In this document: positions 23,095 through 34,200 of the stretch, one piece after another
Layout: the number at the start of each line of letters is the position of its first letter
Numbering within the stretch: position 1 is the stretch's first letter
Assembly (NCBI GenBank): GCA_042218115.1
Contig: JBDGRJ010000002.1
Coordinates: 1-38,206 of the forward strand
Length of the DNA stretch: 38,206 bases
DNA from: Minisyncoccia bacterium
Lineage (GTDB): Bacteria; Patescibacteriota; Patescibacteriia; Magasanikbacterales; UBA922
Direction: 5' to 3'
Translations under genes and position numbers: made by a program
Notes under the pieces: generated by a model
The model's database searches: none
Seen by the model: the letters and a program-made list of their open reading frames with translations, nothing else
What the model was told of the DNA's origin: nothing

Positions 23095-26000
23095 TTACTG
23101 ATTATCCACTATGTCTCGTACTTCTTCTTTGGCTAGTTCAAAGTTTTCTTTGGCTTGCTTTATTAACTCTTCATCTCCGGTACCCAGGGCTTCTCTCAGC
23201 TGTGTTCTGGCTTCTAAAAGATTTTTTGAAACTTCAGCATCCGGGTTATTTTCTACCCAACCCCAATATTCACCCTTCAATAGATCTACATCTGTGTCAG
23301 GTATTGCATCGCTTCCAGATTCTAACATTTCTTCTAAGCCTGCATCCTCTATCAGATCTGGGTTAAAGTCACTGTATTCAAGCGAAGGGTACTCTTGTAC
23401 CAAATCTTTTATCCTCTCTCTCATGCCCTCCTGTACCGCTTGTGCTTCTTCAGGTGAGACCATATCAGTAATGCCATCATAAAATTTGTCTAATCCGGCC
23501 AACTCTCTGGTCGCTTCATTGTCAATCGGGGTTTCAGTAATACCTTCAGAGCCAAAGACTCTCTGAGCAATCTCTTCTTCGCTAAACTGAAAGCCTTCAG
23601 TTTCTAAAATTTCTGAGATGTTATAGCTTTCATCAAAGTCTATCAAAATATCATTTCTAATATCAGGGAGCCCCTCAAATGATCCGAGCTCTGTAGTCCC
23701 CTCTAGTGCCTCAGTCATCTTTTCCGATATTTCATCCGGATTCTCTATACCGACCCTTTCAGCTGCTTGCTGAGCTGCCTCCGCTCCGCCCTCTTGGTAG
23801 GCCTCTAAAACTTGAGTTTGAGCTTCGTTTATACCCTGCTCGGAAACATCCCCTGCAAAGTCTTCCTCGGAGAATAAATCTATAGCTTCTACCCCTTCTC
23901 CACCCCAGTCAAATTGTATTGCCTTACCCGTAGTTCCGGCCTCTTCTGCTTCTGTAGCGGCAGAAACCGTCTCTCCCACATCAGGTGGGGCTCCTCCAGT
24001 GATGTCTTCTGAAGACTGCCCTTCTGCTGATTCACCCCCTGCTCCACCTGTAGTTGCCCCCTCTTGGCCTATCTGACCTCCACCATTCTCAATCATTGAC
24101 ACCAGCTCATCCGGGCTTGATGGGTGAAGCTCTTCTCCACTATCATCCAGTAGATTTATATCATCACTTTCTATGAGATTATGTACGGCTTCGGGGTCTT
24201 TTACATCCATATTATCGGTAAACATATTTACTTTAAGTTCAGGCTCACCATCTTCAAATACCATACCAACAGTAGTTTCATGACCATCTCCACTGGCCAA
24301 CAGACCGAAATCTTCATATTTGAACCCTTTGGACGGATCTATACCGAATTTTTCTGATTGTAGCACTCGCCAATTGTGGATAACCTGATCATCATTCAAT
24401 CCACCCCACTTATCATGAGACTCTCGTATCTCCTCAGCTAAATTTTCCTTGCCGAACTCTTCTTGTATATCGTTCACCGCATGTAAGAACCCCTCTCCTT
24501 TCTCTACCGTACCTTCAGCTACAACTTCACTTGCAGCTGATTCACTCATCTCTTGGGCTGTTTCTCTTGCTAATTCCTCAGTTGCTCCCCCTGCAGCTAC
24601 CGCTTCTTTAGCTGATTGAGCCGCACCTTCTTCACTTCCAGCTACTGCTTCAGCCCCTCGAGAAAGTCCCCAATAAGCCAATAGGGAGCCGCCGGCTACT
24701 GAAAGCAAGCTTTGCCTTCTTTTCTCGGCAGACAACTCTTGAATTGCAGATTCTGATTTTCTCTCAGCTTCCTTAGCTCGCTGCTTATCCAAAAAGTTTT
24801 CAATCCGGTTTGCTGTTTCATTCTCTCTTCTAACCAGCTCTTGGCCCAACTTTTCATATAGATCCCTGTATCGGCTATTTTTGATCCTTTTAATTTTTCC
24901 TGAAGCTCGCTGAGCTTCTATCATACCCATCTTTTCTTCTATCCTATCCCTGCTCATGTTTTGCAGCTCATCTCTGGAAACATCCCTCAGAAGGCCTGTT
25001 TTTTCTCTTTTACTGAGAGACCACATTTCTAACAAATTGTAAGTTAAATCTTTACCACCCCCAAATCTCATTGCTCCGCCCAGGGCCACCATTCCAAAAC
25101 CAACACCGGTAGTTGCACCTACCATAAATCCACCGTAAGTTAAGGCTATAGTAGAAGCAGTTCTTACGGAAGCTGCCCGACCGAGGAACTCTCCCGCAGC
25201 ACTTAACCAGCCCCCTTCTTCATCGGGTTGTTTTTCTTTTTTCTCACCAGAAGATAAATTATAAACATTAAAGCTACCCAACCACTTCAAAACTTGGTTG
25301 GCCTTGCTGCCTACTTTCTCCAATATTCCTTGATTTTCCAGCATCTTGTCTCTTTTTTTCTCGGCTAGCTCTAGCCTCTCATCAATATCTTTTTCTATCT
25401 CACCCCCAACATACTCTGCCCTAAGCTCAAAGTACTCTTCTTCAGCCTCTTCTAACTCTCGCTTAGCTTCTCTTATTTTCTGCTGATCTTTAAATAAGCC
25501 GAAAAACTTGCCTTGCTTAGCATCTCTCAGCTTTTCTCTGGCGGCAGCGAACTTTTCTCTGGCTCGCTCTACCTCTCTTTTTGAGACAGAAGGTTCTTGC
25601 TCCTCTTCGGGTTCTCCTTCATCTCCCATAGAAACTGCCATTTCATCGAGCAGATCATTTTGGTTCTCTCTGGTCTTTCTTAAGTTATTCTTTATTTTTT
25701 CCCAGATCTGTTCTATCTCTATTTCTTGACCGTTTATTTCTACCTTATTTTTTTTGTCATCTATCTGTCTTAAATAATCTAGTGCATCCTGTGCTTGCTT
25801 TCTTTTCTGTTCACCATAATAGTTAAAGTCTGAAAATCTGGTGAGAATGCCTTGGCCAGACTCCAACAAAGTGCTATATATATCTCTTACTCTTTCATCA
25901 ATATCCACCTCCCCTTCTTCTTGTTCTCCATAATACTTTTTCATTCTAGAGGTATCTACAACTTCTTTTATTCTTTCTTGTTCCTCCTCTCCTATGACAT

Positions 26001-29000
26001 ACTTTTCACCATCTTTCTTTAGTAATCCTCTATCGACTAGTTGTTCTAAATATTCTTCGTCTATCTCTGTATTGACTGCACCTTGTTTCACTTCACTGCT
26101 GGAAACTACTATACCAGAAGAGTCAAACTCAATACCACCATCTTCAACTTTAAACTCAGTAATGCCTGAGGTCGCTATTACTTTTAGCCACTCTTCAGCT
26201 TTTTGCAGACTATCTATGTCCCAACCTTCAACATCTACACTTTCTGACTCAGAAGAAGCTTCCTCGGTAGTTTCTTCTATAGATACAAGCTCTGCAAAGG
26301 CTCTATTTTTCCTTAAATCCAGTTCATTAACCTCAAACTTTACCCTATCACCCACCTCTGCACCCTCTACGTTGACCTTAAAGCCATCCTCCAAATATAC
26401 TCTGCCGGTATCTCCTGGGCCAAGCTCTTCTACCTCACCAGTATAGGTCTCACCTTCTTCCACTGGAGTCTCATTCAATATCTCCTCAACATTTTCAAAC
26501 TTATCTATTCTGTTTCCTACTACCCAAATTTCACCCTCTGGGACCCTTTGATGCTGATCATGACCTACCAGTATACCCAACTCAACTAACCTATCAACTA
26601 CCTCATCTTCAAAATCCAGGTCGTCTTGTTCAAACTTTCCGCCCCTGTCTTCATAATGATTTTGGAGCCAGCTTAAGGCTCGGTCCAGGTCCTCGATCAA
26701 ATCCTCATTTTCGCTGTCCGTTTCCTCCCCCTCTTCGCCTTCATCTTCTGGGCTTTCTTTTGAGACTAGATTTGCCCAAGCTCTTTTAGTTCTAATATTA
26801 ACGTCATCTATATCTTCTATTTCATACTCTATTATATCTCCCATCTCAGCACCTTCTATAATTACCTCATATTCACCATGCTGTATTAGGCCTCTGCCTT
26901 GATGGTCTGTCTCGGAGACTCTACCTTCAAACTTTTGATTTAATTTTGGTATTTCATCCACTATTTCTTGAATGCTATCAAATTTGTCTATTCTGTTCCC
27001 CACTACCCAAAGTTCGTCATCAGGTATTCTATTGTCTCTTCTATCTTCTTCATTGCTTATTAGAATCCCATACTTGATTAGATCATCTATTACTTCCTGT
27101 TCAAAATCCAGATTATCTTTTTTAAATTTGCCGTTTACTTCTTCATGATTATCTTGTAGCCACTCTAGGGCTTGGTCTAAATCTTGTTCTACTTCTATGT
27201 CTGGACCAGTTTCTTGTGTTTGTTGGTTAGCCTCCCTTGTTGTCTCTGAAGGCAGTTTTGCAAAAGCAATACCTCTATCAGGTTTAACATCTTCAACTTC
27301 AAATTCCACAGTCTCACCTTTTTCAGCACCCTCTACAAATACAATAAAATTATCGGAAAAACGTGCTATGCCATCACCCTCCCTGCCTTCTTCTGTAATC
27401 TCTTTCTCGTAAGTTCTCCCCTCTTCCACAGGAGAATCATGTTCTTCAATAATATCCTCCAGACTATCGTGTCTATGCATAGTCAAACCATTGACCCAAA
27501 CTTCACCTTCGGGTACTTGACTCTTATCTTCGTTGCTCAATAAAACCCCGTAACTAATTAATTGATTCAGCAGGTCCCTGTTTATATTTAAATCTTCTTT
27601 TTTAAACTTTCCATCTACTTCTTCATAATGTTCTTTTATATAATTGAATGCACTTTGAAGGTCTTCATTAATCTCGCTAGCCTCTGGTTGGGGAGCGGAT
27701 ACTTGGTCTTCATCATAATCTCTAACCTCCTGTAATTTTACTTTAGCAAAGCCCTCTCTAACAGCTGGAGACCGGCCGGAGTTGGGTTCAAAAATTTTTA
27801 CATCCACTTTAGCGCCCACTAATTCTTCATCAAAATTATTTTTTCCAAACTCCTGTTGTAAAACATTTGTAGTTTCTGGGGTATTTTTAACAAGTAGCTT
27901 GTAATCTATATCTTCCAGCTCAATTACTCCATCGTTATTATCTATTGAGCCAATCTCAACATCGGTGAACTCTTTCCCTTCTTCTATTTCTTCGGGGGCA
28001 TTTTCAATTTCATCCAAGGATTCTAAGATTGTTTTGTAACTCTCGCTGTGTATAACCTTTTTAAATCTATCTGTGATATAGAAATTATCCTCTTCTTGTT
28101 TTATAAATTTATTTTCTATTAATTTAGAAACAAGACCATCAAGATTCTCACTTATTAAACCCCTCAACTCTTCTACTTCTACCTTAGGTTCCTTCTCTTG
28201 GTTTAGGGTCGATTGCCTAAAGAGGTTAAGTTCTAACCAATCTGAAAGCTCTTCTCTACTGGCAAATTCATCTTGAGGCAACTGCTCAAAATGATAGTCT
28301 ATGTTTGCTTCAAGCATATCATTAAGCTGTTGCTCATATTCATCTATAGTATAAGTCGCACCCTCTACTTTAATCTCCTCATTCTCTATATGCTCCTTGT
28401 GAGGGTAAATAATTTGTTTAAATTCACTGATTAAACTTGAAAGTTCGCTCACTCGTTCTCGTTCTAGTATCGGAAAGTCATTCTCGTTCTCTATATCTTC
28501 CAACTCATACTCATGCAATGATATAATATCACCCATTATCTCACTCAGTTCTTCTACCTTTCTTTCTCCCATAACCTCAGCTAACTCCGAGATAGAGAAA
28601 CCTTGCGGGTTTACAACCTCTGAGATCTCAATATCCACGAAATCACCCACCTCATAATCATTATCATCAGAAAAGACATCTTTTACGATCACATTTCTGC
28701 CATTAATTTTGACTAGCCCGTCACCAGTTTTTTCTCCATCCTCTTCCAACTCTTTCACAACCCTTTGGGTATATCTTTGGCCTTGCTCAAACTCACCGGC
28801 TTCTATGACAGGATACTCGTGTTGTTCCGGTAATATGGTGGCATAGGCTACATCATCTTGGGTATTTACTCCCGTAATTTCAATCTCTTTTGTTTCGTCA
28901 TAATCTGAAGGTATGGCATTTCGTATCTTTAAGTTAAACCCACCAAAGGTATTAAACATATTTAGTTCAGATTCTTCTTCATTATAAACCCCCTCTTTAA

Positions 29001-30894
29001 GCTCAAGCCGAAAAGTCTCGCCTTCTTCTACTGGGCTGGTGCTTTCTTTAATTTCTCCGAAGTCTTTTTCTGCTACAATCCTATATTCATCTTCTTCTAA
29101 GTCGTCATTCTCTTCTACTGATTCTAAGACACCCGCTCGCTGAAGTCTCGAGATTACTCTATCCGGAAATAAAGAAAGTTCATCCTTTTTAACTGTATCC
29201 CCTAGATTGTACTTATGGTTTTTAAGCCATCCATTTGCGAACTTAGTACTATCAATAGTTTTACCTCCTATTACCTCAGCAGAACCGTTGCTCCCGTGAC
29301 CACCAACATTCGTAATTTTTATATCTACTACATCACCCTTCTCGACCCCGGCATTTATATACACCCTATTTCCAGCAGTTGTTTCTATATAGTAATCTCC
29401 ATCTTCTTTCTTTTGTGATATCTTTACATCTCTTATAATGCTTCCTTCGGAAAACTCATTTTCTGTAATTTCTTCCCGAATTTCATTCGGTTCCGGGGCT
29501 GGTTCGGGCTCAGTGTCTGCATTTGAATCATCATTTAGTCCATCAGCCGCCTGCTCATGAAAGCGCTCACTCTCCTCAATGACCTCTTCTAAAAACTCAA
29601 GCTGGTCTTCATAGTCTTGATATGTACACTCTTCACTCAAGCCGTATTCCTCAAGAAGCAATTCAGGGTTATCATCATACTCTTCCATTTTTTGCTCAAA
29701 ATTACTTTTTTTGTTTTTTAACATTTCCAGGCCCGCTTCATCATATATTGGCTCACTATATTCATCGGGATACCTCTGAGAATCCAACTCATGAGACTGA
29801 AGCTCACCTCTAAAGCTTAAAATCTCAGAAATATCATCGGCTACAGAAAAATCCTCCTTAGCTTCCACGATTTCTTTAAAAGCATCTAATAACTCCCGGA
29901 CCTCCACTTGTCCGAGGTTATTAAACTCTACTGTGACACCATCTATATCAAAGTCTAGATCCTCTTTCTCATCTTTAGCATTTTGAAAACCTACCTCTAA
30001 TCTTTCCAACCTTAGATCATCTAAGACCTCCCTTCCTATTTTTATCTCTCCTGAAGCATCTCTAGCTAATCCTATATTTGGTAATTTACTAACTACTTTT
30101 TCAGCAGACCATTTCTCCAATTTCTCTTTTATTTCTTCCTGCTCAAAACTGTGCTCTCCGGAAGTATCTATAATGCCTTTGTCTATCCAGTCTTGCTTCC
30201 ATCCATTGCCTGAGTTGTAAATTTTCTCCTCCCAAAGCTCTTCCCAGCTCTCTTCGTCCAACTTCTCAAACTCTTCTGTAAGCACCTGTTTTATATCTTC
30301 TTTGGTAGCGCTATCTAAGTCAGCATCATACAAAGCTCTCAAAACCTGCTCTTCTGTCAAACTCACTTTAGTCAAACCCTCTTCTTCTGCATAATCTTCT
30401 ATCCGACTCAAATCTGATACGACATAGGAGTTCTCACCAGAATTGTATTCTACTCCATTATTTCTTAGCTCTTCTAGTATCTCTCTTAACTCATCCGTAT
30501 CTACTTGATTAAAATTTCTCGCAGCAAGCCCTAAATTACCAGCTACCATCTGATAGCCATTCTCTCGTTTCAGAAGCCAATCAATAACTTCAGCCTTTTT
30601 CTCAGAAGAGACAAAACCTTCTGCTTCTTCTCTAAATTCACCAGTAATTAAATCTTCTATATATTCAACGGCATCAAAGTCGTCCTCATGAGCACTCCAC
30701 AAAAAATCATCTAGTGAAATACCATGGCCATCTAAAATACCCCTTAAAGTTTCACTGACTTCCGACTCATCTATCAGACCGGAAGACTCTTTAAAAGTTT
30801 CTAAATCACTTAAAATATCCCCCTTCTCTTGAGGAGATAAATTGTTTAATTCATGTTGTATAGAACCTTTTTTATCCTCTAAATTTTCTATCAT
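23095..30894 (-). CDS. giant (2,599 aa) hyper-acidic protein with about 7 TRAM-like beta-barrel modules, a central Gly/Ala-rich membrane hairpin and a C-terminal acidic region
   Basis: A single uninterrupted ORF with no N-terminal signal peptide. TRAM-like modules lie at nt ~26290-29450. Hydrophobic block GGWLSAAGEFLGRAASVRTASTIALTYGGFMVGATTGVGFGMVALGGAMRFGGG is at ~25055-25215. A second hydrophobic segment, RRQSLLSVAGGSLLAYWGL, is at ~24640-24725. No catalytic motif recognised. Confidence 0.85.
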   Translation of the reverse strand: MIENLEDKKGSIQHELNNLSPQEKGDILSDLETFKESSGLIDESEVSETLRGILDGHGISLDDFLWSAHEDDFDAVEYIEDLITGEFREEAEGFVSSEKKAEVIDWLLKRENGYQMVAGNLGLAARNFNQVDTDELREILEELRNNGVEYNSGENSYVVSDLSRIEDYAEEEGLTKVSLTEEQVLRALYDADLDSATKEDIKQVLTEEFEKLDEESWEELWEEKIYNSGNGWKQDWIDKGIIDTSGEHSFEQEEIKEKLEKWSAEKVVSKLPNIGLARDASGEIKIGREVLDDLRLERLEVGFQNAKDEKEDLDFDIDGVTVEFNNLGQVEVRELLDAFKEIVEAKEDFSVADDISEILSFRGELQSHELDSQRYPDEYSEPIYDEAGLEMLKNKKSNFEQKMEEYDDNPELLLEEYGLSEECTYQDYEDQLEFLEEVIEESERFHEQAADGLNDDSNADTEPEPAPEPNEIREEITENEFSEGSIIRDVKISQKKEDGDYYIETTAGNRVYINAGVEKGDVVDIKITNVGGHGSNGSAEVIGGKTIDSTKFANGWLKNHKYNLGDTVKKDELSLFPDRVISRLQRAGVLESVEENDDLEEDEYRIVAEKDFGEIKESTSPVEEGETFRLELKEGVYNEEESELNMFNTFGGFNLKIRNAIPSDYDETKEIEITGVNTQDDVAYATILPEQHEYPVIEAGEFEQGQRYTQRVVKELEEDGEKTGDGLVKINGRNVIVKDVFSDDNDYEVGDFVDIEISEVVNPQGFSISELAEVMGERKVEELSEIMGDIISLHEYELEDIENENDFPILERERVSELSSLISEFKQIIYPHKEHIENEEIKVEGATYTIDEYEQQLNDMLEANIDYHFEQLPQDEFASREELSDWLELNLFRQSTLNQEKEPKVEVEELRGLISENLDGLVSKLIENKFIKQEEDNFYITDRFKKVIHSESYKTILESLDEIENAPEEIEEGKEFTDVEIGSIDNNDGVIELEDIDYKLLVKNTPETTNVLQQEFGKNNFDEELVGAKVDVKIFEPNSGRSPAVREGFAKVKLQEVRDYDEDQVSAPQPEASEINEDLQSAFNYIKEHYEEVDGKFKKEDLNINRDLLNQLISYGVLLSNEDKSQVPEGEVWVNGLTMHRHDSLEDIIEEHDSPVEEGRTYEKEITEEGREGDGIARFSDNFIVFVEGAEKGETVEFEVEDVKPDRGIAFAKLPSETTREANQQTQETGPDIEVEQDLDQALEWLQDNHEEVNGKFKKDNLDFEQEVIDDLIKYGILISNEEDRRDNRIPDDELWVVGNRIDKFDSIQEIVDEIPKLNQKFEGRVSETDHQGRGLIQHGEYEVIIEGAEMGDIIEYEIEDIDDVNIRTKRAWANLVSKESPEDEGEEGEETDSENEDLIEDLDRALSWLQNHYEDRGGKFEQDDLDFEDEVVDRLVELGILVGHDQHQRVPEGEIWVVGNRIDKFENVEEILNETPVEEGETYTGEVEELGPGDTGRVYLEDGFKVNVEGAEVGDRVKFEVNELDLRKNRAFAELVSIEETTEEASSESESVDVEGWDIDSLQKAEEWLKVIATSGITEFKVEDGGIEFDSSGIVVSSSEVKQGAVNTEIDEEYLEQLVDRGLLKKDGEKYVIGEEEQERIKEVVDTSRMKKYYGEQEEGEVDIDERVRDIYSTLLESGQGILTRFSDFNYYGEQKRKQAQDALDYLRQIDDKKNKVEINGQEIEIEQIWEKIKNNLRKTRENQNDLLDEMAVSMGDEGEPEEEQEPSVSKREVERAREKFAAAREKLRDAKQGKFFGLFKDQQKIREAKRELEEAEEEYFELRAEYVGGEIEKDIDERLELAEKKRDKMLENQGILEKVGSKANQVLKWLGSFNVYNLSSGEKKEKQPDEEGGWLSAAGEFLGRAASVRTASTIALTYGGFMVGATTGVGFGMVALGGAMRFGGGKDLTYNLLEMWSLSKREKTGLLRDVSRDELQNMSRDRIEEKMGMIEAQRASGKIKRIKNSRYRDLYEKLGQELVRRENETANRIENFLDKQRAKEAERKSESAIQELSAEKRRQSLLSVAGGSLLAYWGLSRGAEAVAGSEEGAAQSAKEAVAAGGATEELARETAQEMSESAASEVVAEGTVEKGEGFLHAVNDIQEEFGKENLAEEIRESHDKWGGLNDDQVIHNWRVLQSEKFGIDPSKGFKYEDFGLLASGDGHETTVGMVFEDGEPELKVNMFTDNMDVKDPEAVHNLIESDDINLLDDSGEELHPSSPDELVSMIENGGGQIGQEGATTGGAGGESAEGQSSEDITGGAPPDVGETVSAATEAEEAGTTGKAIQFDWGGEGVEAIDLFSEEDFAGDVSEQGINEAQTQVLEAYQEGGAEAAQQAAERVGIENPDEISEKMTEALEGTTELGSFEGLPDIRNDILIDFDESYNISEILETEGFQFSEEEIAQRVFGSEGITETPIDNEATRELAGLDKFYDGITDMVSPEEAQAVQEGMRERIKDLVQEYPSLEYSDFNPDLIEDAGLEEMLESGSDAIPDTDVDLLKGEYWGWVENNPDAEVSKNLLEARTQLREALGTGDEELIKQAKENFELAKEEVRDIVDNQ
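26290..27700 (-). repeat. three tandem coding repeats of about 480-490 nt (helical unit plus TRAM-like barrel)
   Basis: Units begin at ~27670 (LQSAFNYIKEHYEEVDGKFKKEDL...), ~27190 (LDQALEWLQDNHEEVNGKFKKDNL...) and ~26700 (LDRALSWLQNHYEDRGGKFEQDDL...). Each ends in an EGAE-x-GD-x-[VI]-x-[FY]E[IV] barrel. Confidence 0.8.
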
Positions 30895-30913
30895 AGATAA
30901 AAGTTTTATTTAC

Positions 30914-31222
30914 TTAAATATCAAGATCGCTGACCTTATCTTTCAATTCCTGCTTTACTTGTAGCACCTCCTGTCTTAACATATCTTCAAAATCATCTAT
31001 CTGCTCCAATAGTGAATTGACCTTCTGCTGGTTTTGGTTGTCTATAGCGTCTATAAACTCTTGTCTCTGCTTTTCTGAAAACTTGTCTATAACTTTATTA
31101 AATAACCGCTCTTGAACTAAATCGGTCGCTTTTCTTAAGATTCGTGCCTTCCTTTCATCATCCAATGACTCAATGCCTAAAATGGAAATTATATTTTCTT
31201 GTAATAAAGATTGAGAATCCAT
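30914..31222 (-). CDS. small helical protein (102 aa), DUF5663-like; partner of the 2,599-aa giant
   Basis: ILGIESLDDERKARILRKATDLVQERLFNKVIDKFSEKQRQEFIDAI...VLQVKQELK. This pattern matches, from memory, the CPR-restricted small helical family I believe is Pfam DUF5663 (to be verified). It is homologous to ORF 36317..36658 and ends 19 nt before the giant gene. Confidence 0.7.
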   Translation of the reverse strand: MDSQSLLQENIISILGIESLDDERKARILRKATDLVQERLFNKVIDKFSEKQRQEFIDAIDNQNQQKVNSLLEQIDDFEDMLRQEVLQVKQELKDKVSDLDI

Positions 31223-31256
31223 ATCGTAAAATTAAATATTTTAAAAATTTTTGAAA

Positions 31257-34200
31257 CTAAACTGACTCCCTAAGCTGTTCCAATTCTTCTTCTTGGGTTT
31301 GTTGTAGCCTCTCTTTCATCAAGACCAACTCTGCTGCTACTTTATTCAGTTCTTTTAAGTCCTCTATTCTCTGCTCAATCTGTTCTTGATCCTCCAGCTC
31401 ACTAATAGCATTTACCTCGCTTTCTATTTTTTCTTTTACTCCCGCCAATGCACCTCCTCCTTCCAAAACAAACTCAAGCCCCTCTTGAAGTTCTCCATCA
31501 CTGCTGTCTTCTCGCATATCCAAAGCTTGCAGATAAGCAAACTCAGTCTGAAGGCTGTCAATATTTCCATTCCACTCCTCGGATCGGTTGATCATATCAC
31601 CAAATCTATCTCCAAATTCTCCTCTCTCCGGCATCTCAACATCATATATTTCATCTAACTCCTCTTTAAACTCACCGTCCTCATTTATCACTAATATATC
31701 TTCAAGCTCTTCAAATCTATCCCCTCTTTCTTGTTCAATATCTTCTACGGTCTCCATCTCCATCATCTCTTCCTTTACTGCAATAACAGTTCTAAAATTC
31801 TCATTGAACTCACCTATATCTACATCAGCACCTGCCTCCATTGTGTCGGGGTGATTATTAAACAACCAAGTCTCTTTCATCTGCTCCAACTCAGACAAAG
31901 TGAAATCAGAAATTCTCGCATCTTCTTCCAAGTTGAGCTCCTCTTTAACGTATTGCCAAGCCTCTTGAAATTCTTCGCTATTTTCCAGCTGATCCTCATA
32001 AATTTCCACAGCTGTTTCTTCACTTTCTTCGGCCTGCATCATAACCTCTTTAGGTACTGGAAGACTTTCGGGGCTACCTTCTACCTTGGTTAATGCGGAG
32101 GTAGGTCTTTTTATAGGAAGCTTATCTTCCTGTCCGGTAGGTGGTGGAGGAGTTGGCCCCGGACCATCAGTAGTGGTTCCTCCGCCTCCGCCGCCACCTT
32201 CATCATCATCGTCTGTCTCTTCTCTTTGTCTCCTCTCAGGTTCTATACCCGCTCCCACTTTTTCTCCGGAATGAGGATAAATATCGAAAGCAGGAAATAC
32301 ATTCGGGCCATCTTCAGCAGTAGGCTCAGTGAGAGTTACTTCATTCATATAGCTATTTACAGTCTCCGCAGCCATTTCAGCTGATACAGCTGAATCCGGA
32401 GTTCCTTGTCCTTGTACAGATGAGTAGATTAAAGCTTTATCACCTTGAGCTTGATCAGAACCATGTTCAACAATCTCCATCAGATCGGCTTTCAAAACAG
32501 CCTCACCACCTGGCCCTTCTTCAAAGCACATATCATATGCCGGGTGGCTTTTAGGTATTTCTACTGATCCATCCGCATCGAAAGGAATCTGAAAACGTTC
32601 TGCTCCAGAAGCTTCTTCTGGTCTAATCTCCAAGAACATCCTTCCTTCACTTAGTGCTTCATTGGGTTTACCAATAATATCAGAGGGAAAGTCAGTTTGA
32701 GAGCCTGCTATCTGTTCTCCCTGGGCATTGGTGGCAAATTCTTCCATATCGATCTTAAACTCAATATTTCCCTGACCATCAAAGCCGCTCTCAGATACTC
32801 CCCCCCAGTAGCTTCTCAACTCATTAAAATCATAAGTATCAGGAGTCTCATTTCCTAACCAAATTTTATCGGATTGATCAAGTTGATACACATCAGACAT
32901 TTTATCTGATAGCTGGTCCATTTTGTCTGCTGCCGGTACTTCACTCATCTCCCATCCACCCATGATACTTTGTACATTTTCACTCATACCACCTTGGGGC
33001 ACAATCCCCTCGGAACCAAGACGGTTAATGGTTTTTTGAGTTAGGGCCCCTGTTTTATGATTAAAGTCTAGTGGAACTTGATCACCTTCCGGAGTGAACA
33101 GCTCGGCCTCATGAGAGCCGGAACTGGGCTGAATATTAAAACCTTCAGGTAGATTTATATTTAATTCACCACCACTCAGCTGCATGGTTTGTGAATGATC
33201 GGGCGCCAGATAATTTATAGAGTCTTTTGCCCCACTTATCCAATCACCCATAGAATCCAATACACTCGCTGCTACAGTCTGATTTTCTCCCTGCTCCCAG
33301 CCTGCGATAAAATCGAATACACCTTGAGTTTCTGGTTCGCTAGTCCAACTTACTGCATTGGATCCTTCCCAACCCAGCTCTGCCGTCTCTGCCAGTGCGG
33401 CACCGCCGATCATACCAAAGGTGCCTGCTGCCGTAGCTTCTCGTAATGCCTTTTGTCTACGATAACTATCGAAGTGTTCTTGCAGTTCTTGCTCATACTC
33501 TGAATAGGCGGGTAAGAATCGCTCTTGATATCTGTGTTCTATAGTTTGATCGATTGTGTCAGGAGCTATGTTATGTTTTTCTTTTAAGCCTTGTTTGATT
33601 TCAGCTTTTAATACCATCAAATTTGCATGAATATCTTCAGTTTCTCTGGCTTGATAATTAATCATATTTCTGTTTTCGTCACGCTCGAATTTCTGTCTGT
33701 TTTCTATCTCAGCTAACTGCTCCATTACTTGTTCCAACTCTTCGTCAGACAGGTCACCTCGAAGCTCAAAGCTATCGTCTTTACAATATTCAGTCTGAAA
33801 CCTGTCTACAAAATTTTCTGCATTTAGCATTTCTAATGAAAACTGCTCCAGCTCTTCTCTGAACTCCTCCTCTTCAACAGTCTCTTCCCCTCTAGCTTTT
33901 GCCTCCTCAACATAAGCTTGTTGTTCTTTTAACCTTTTAGAGGATTCAAAATATTTACCTACTCCAACACCAGCACCAAGCCCAACCAGACCTCCTACTG
34001 CTGAGCTAGCTCCGTAAGCGGCTCTTTGGCCTAAAAATCCTGCAGCTCCTGCTGTAGCTCCAACTACACTCGCTGCATTAACCGGAACTTTTTCTGCAAT
34101 TTTTGATTTTTGTACCGCATCCACCATCTTGTCAAGCGCTCCATACTCTTCTTCCGCTTCCCGTTTAAATTTAGAAGCGGCTTCACCGATGGTGACATCC

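Noticed and set aside
26290-29450. Regularly spaced repeats, considered as a CRISPR-like or satellite array
   Set aside because: The period is about 480 nt. The copies are diverged, in frame, and translate into conserved protein modules inside one continuous 7.8-kb ORF. They are coding domain repeats, not a CRISPR array.
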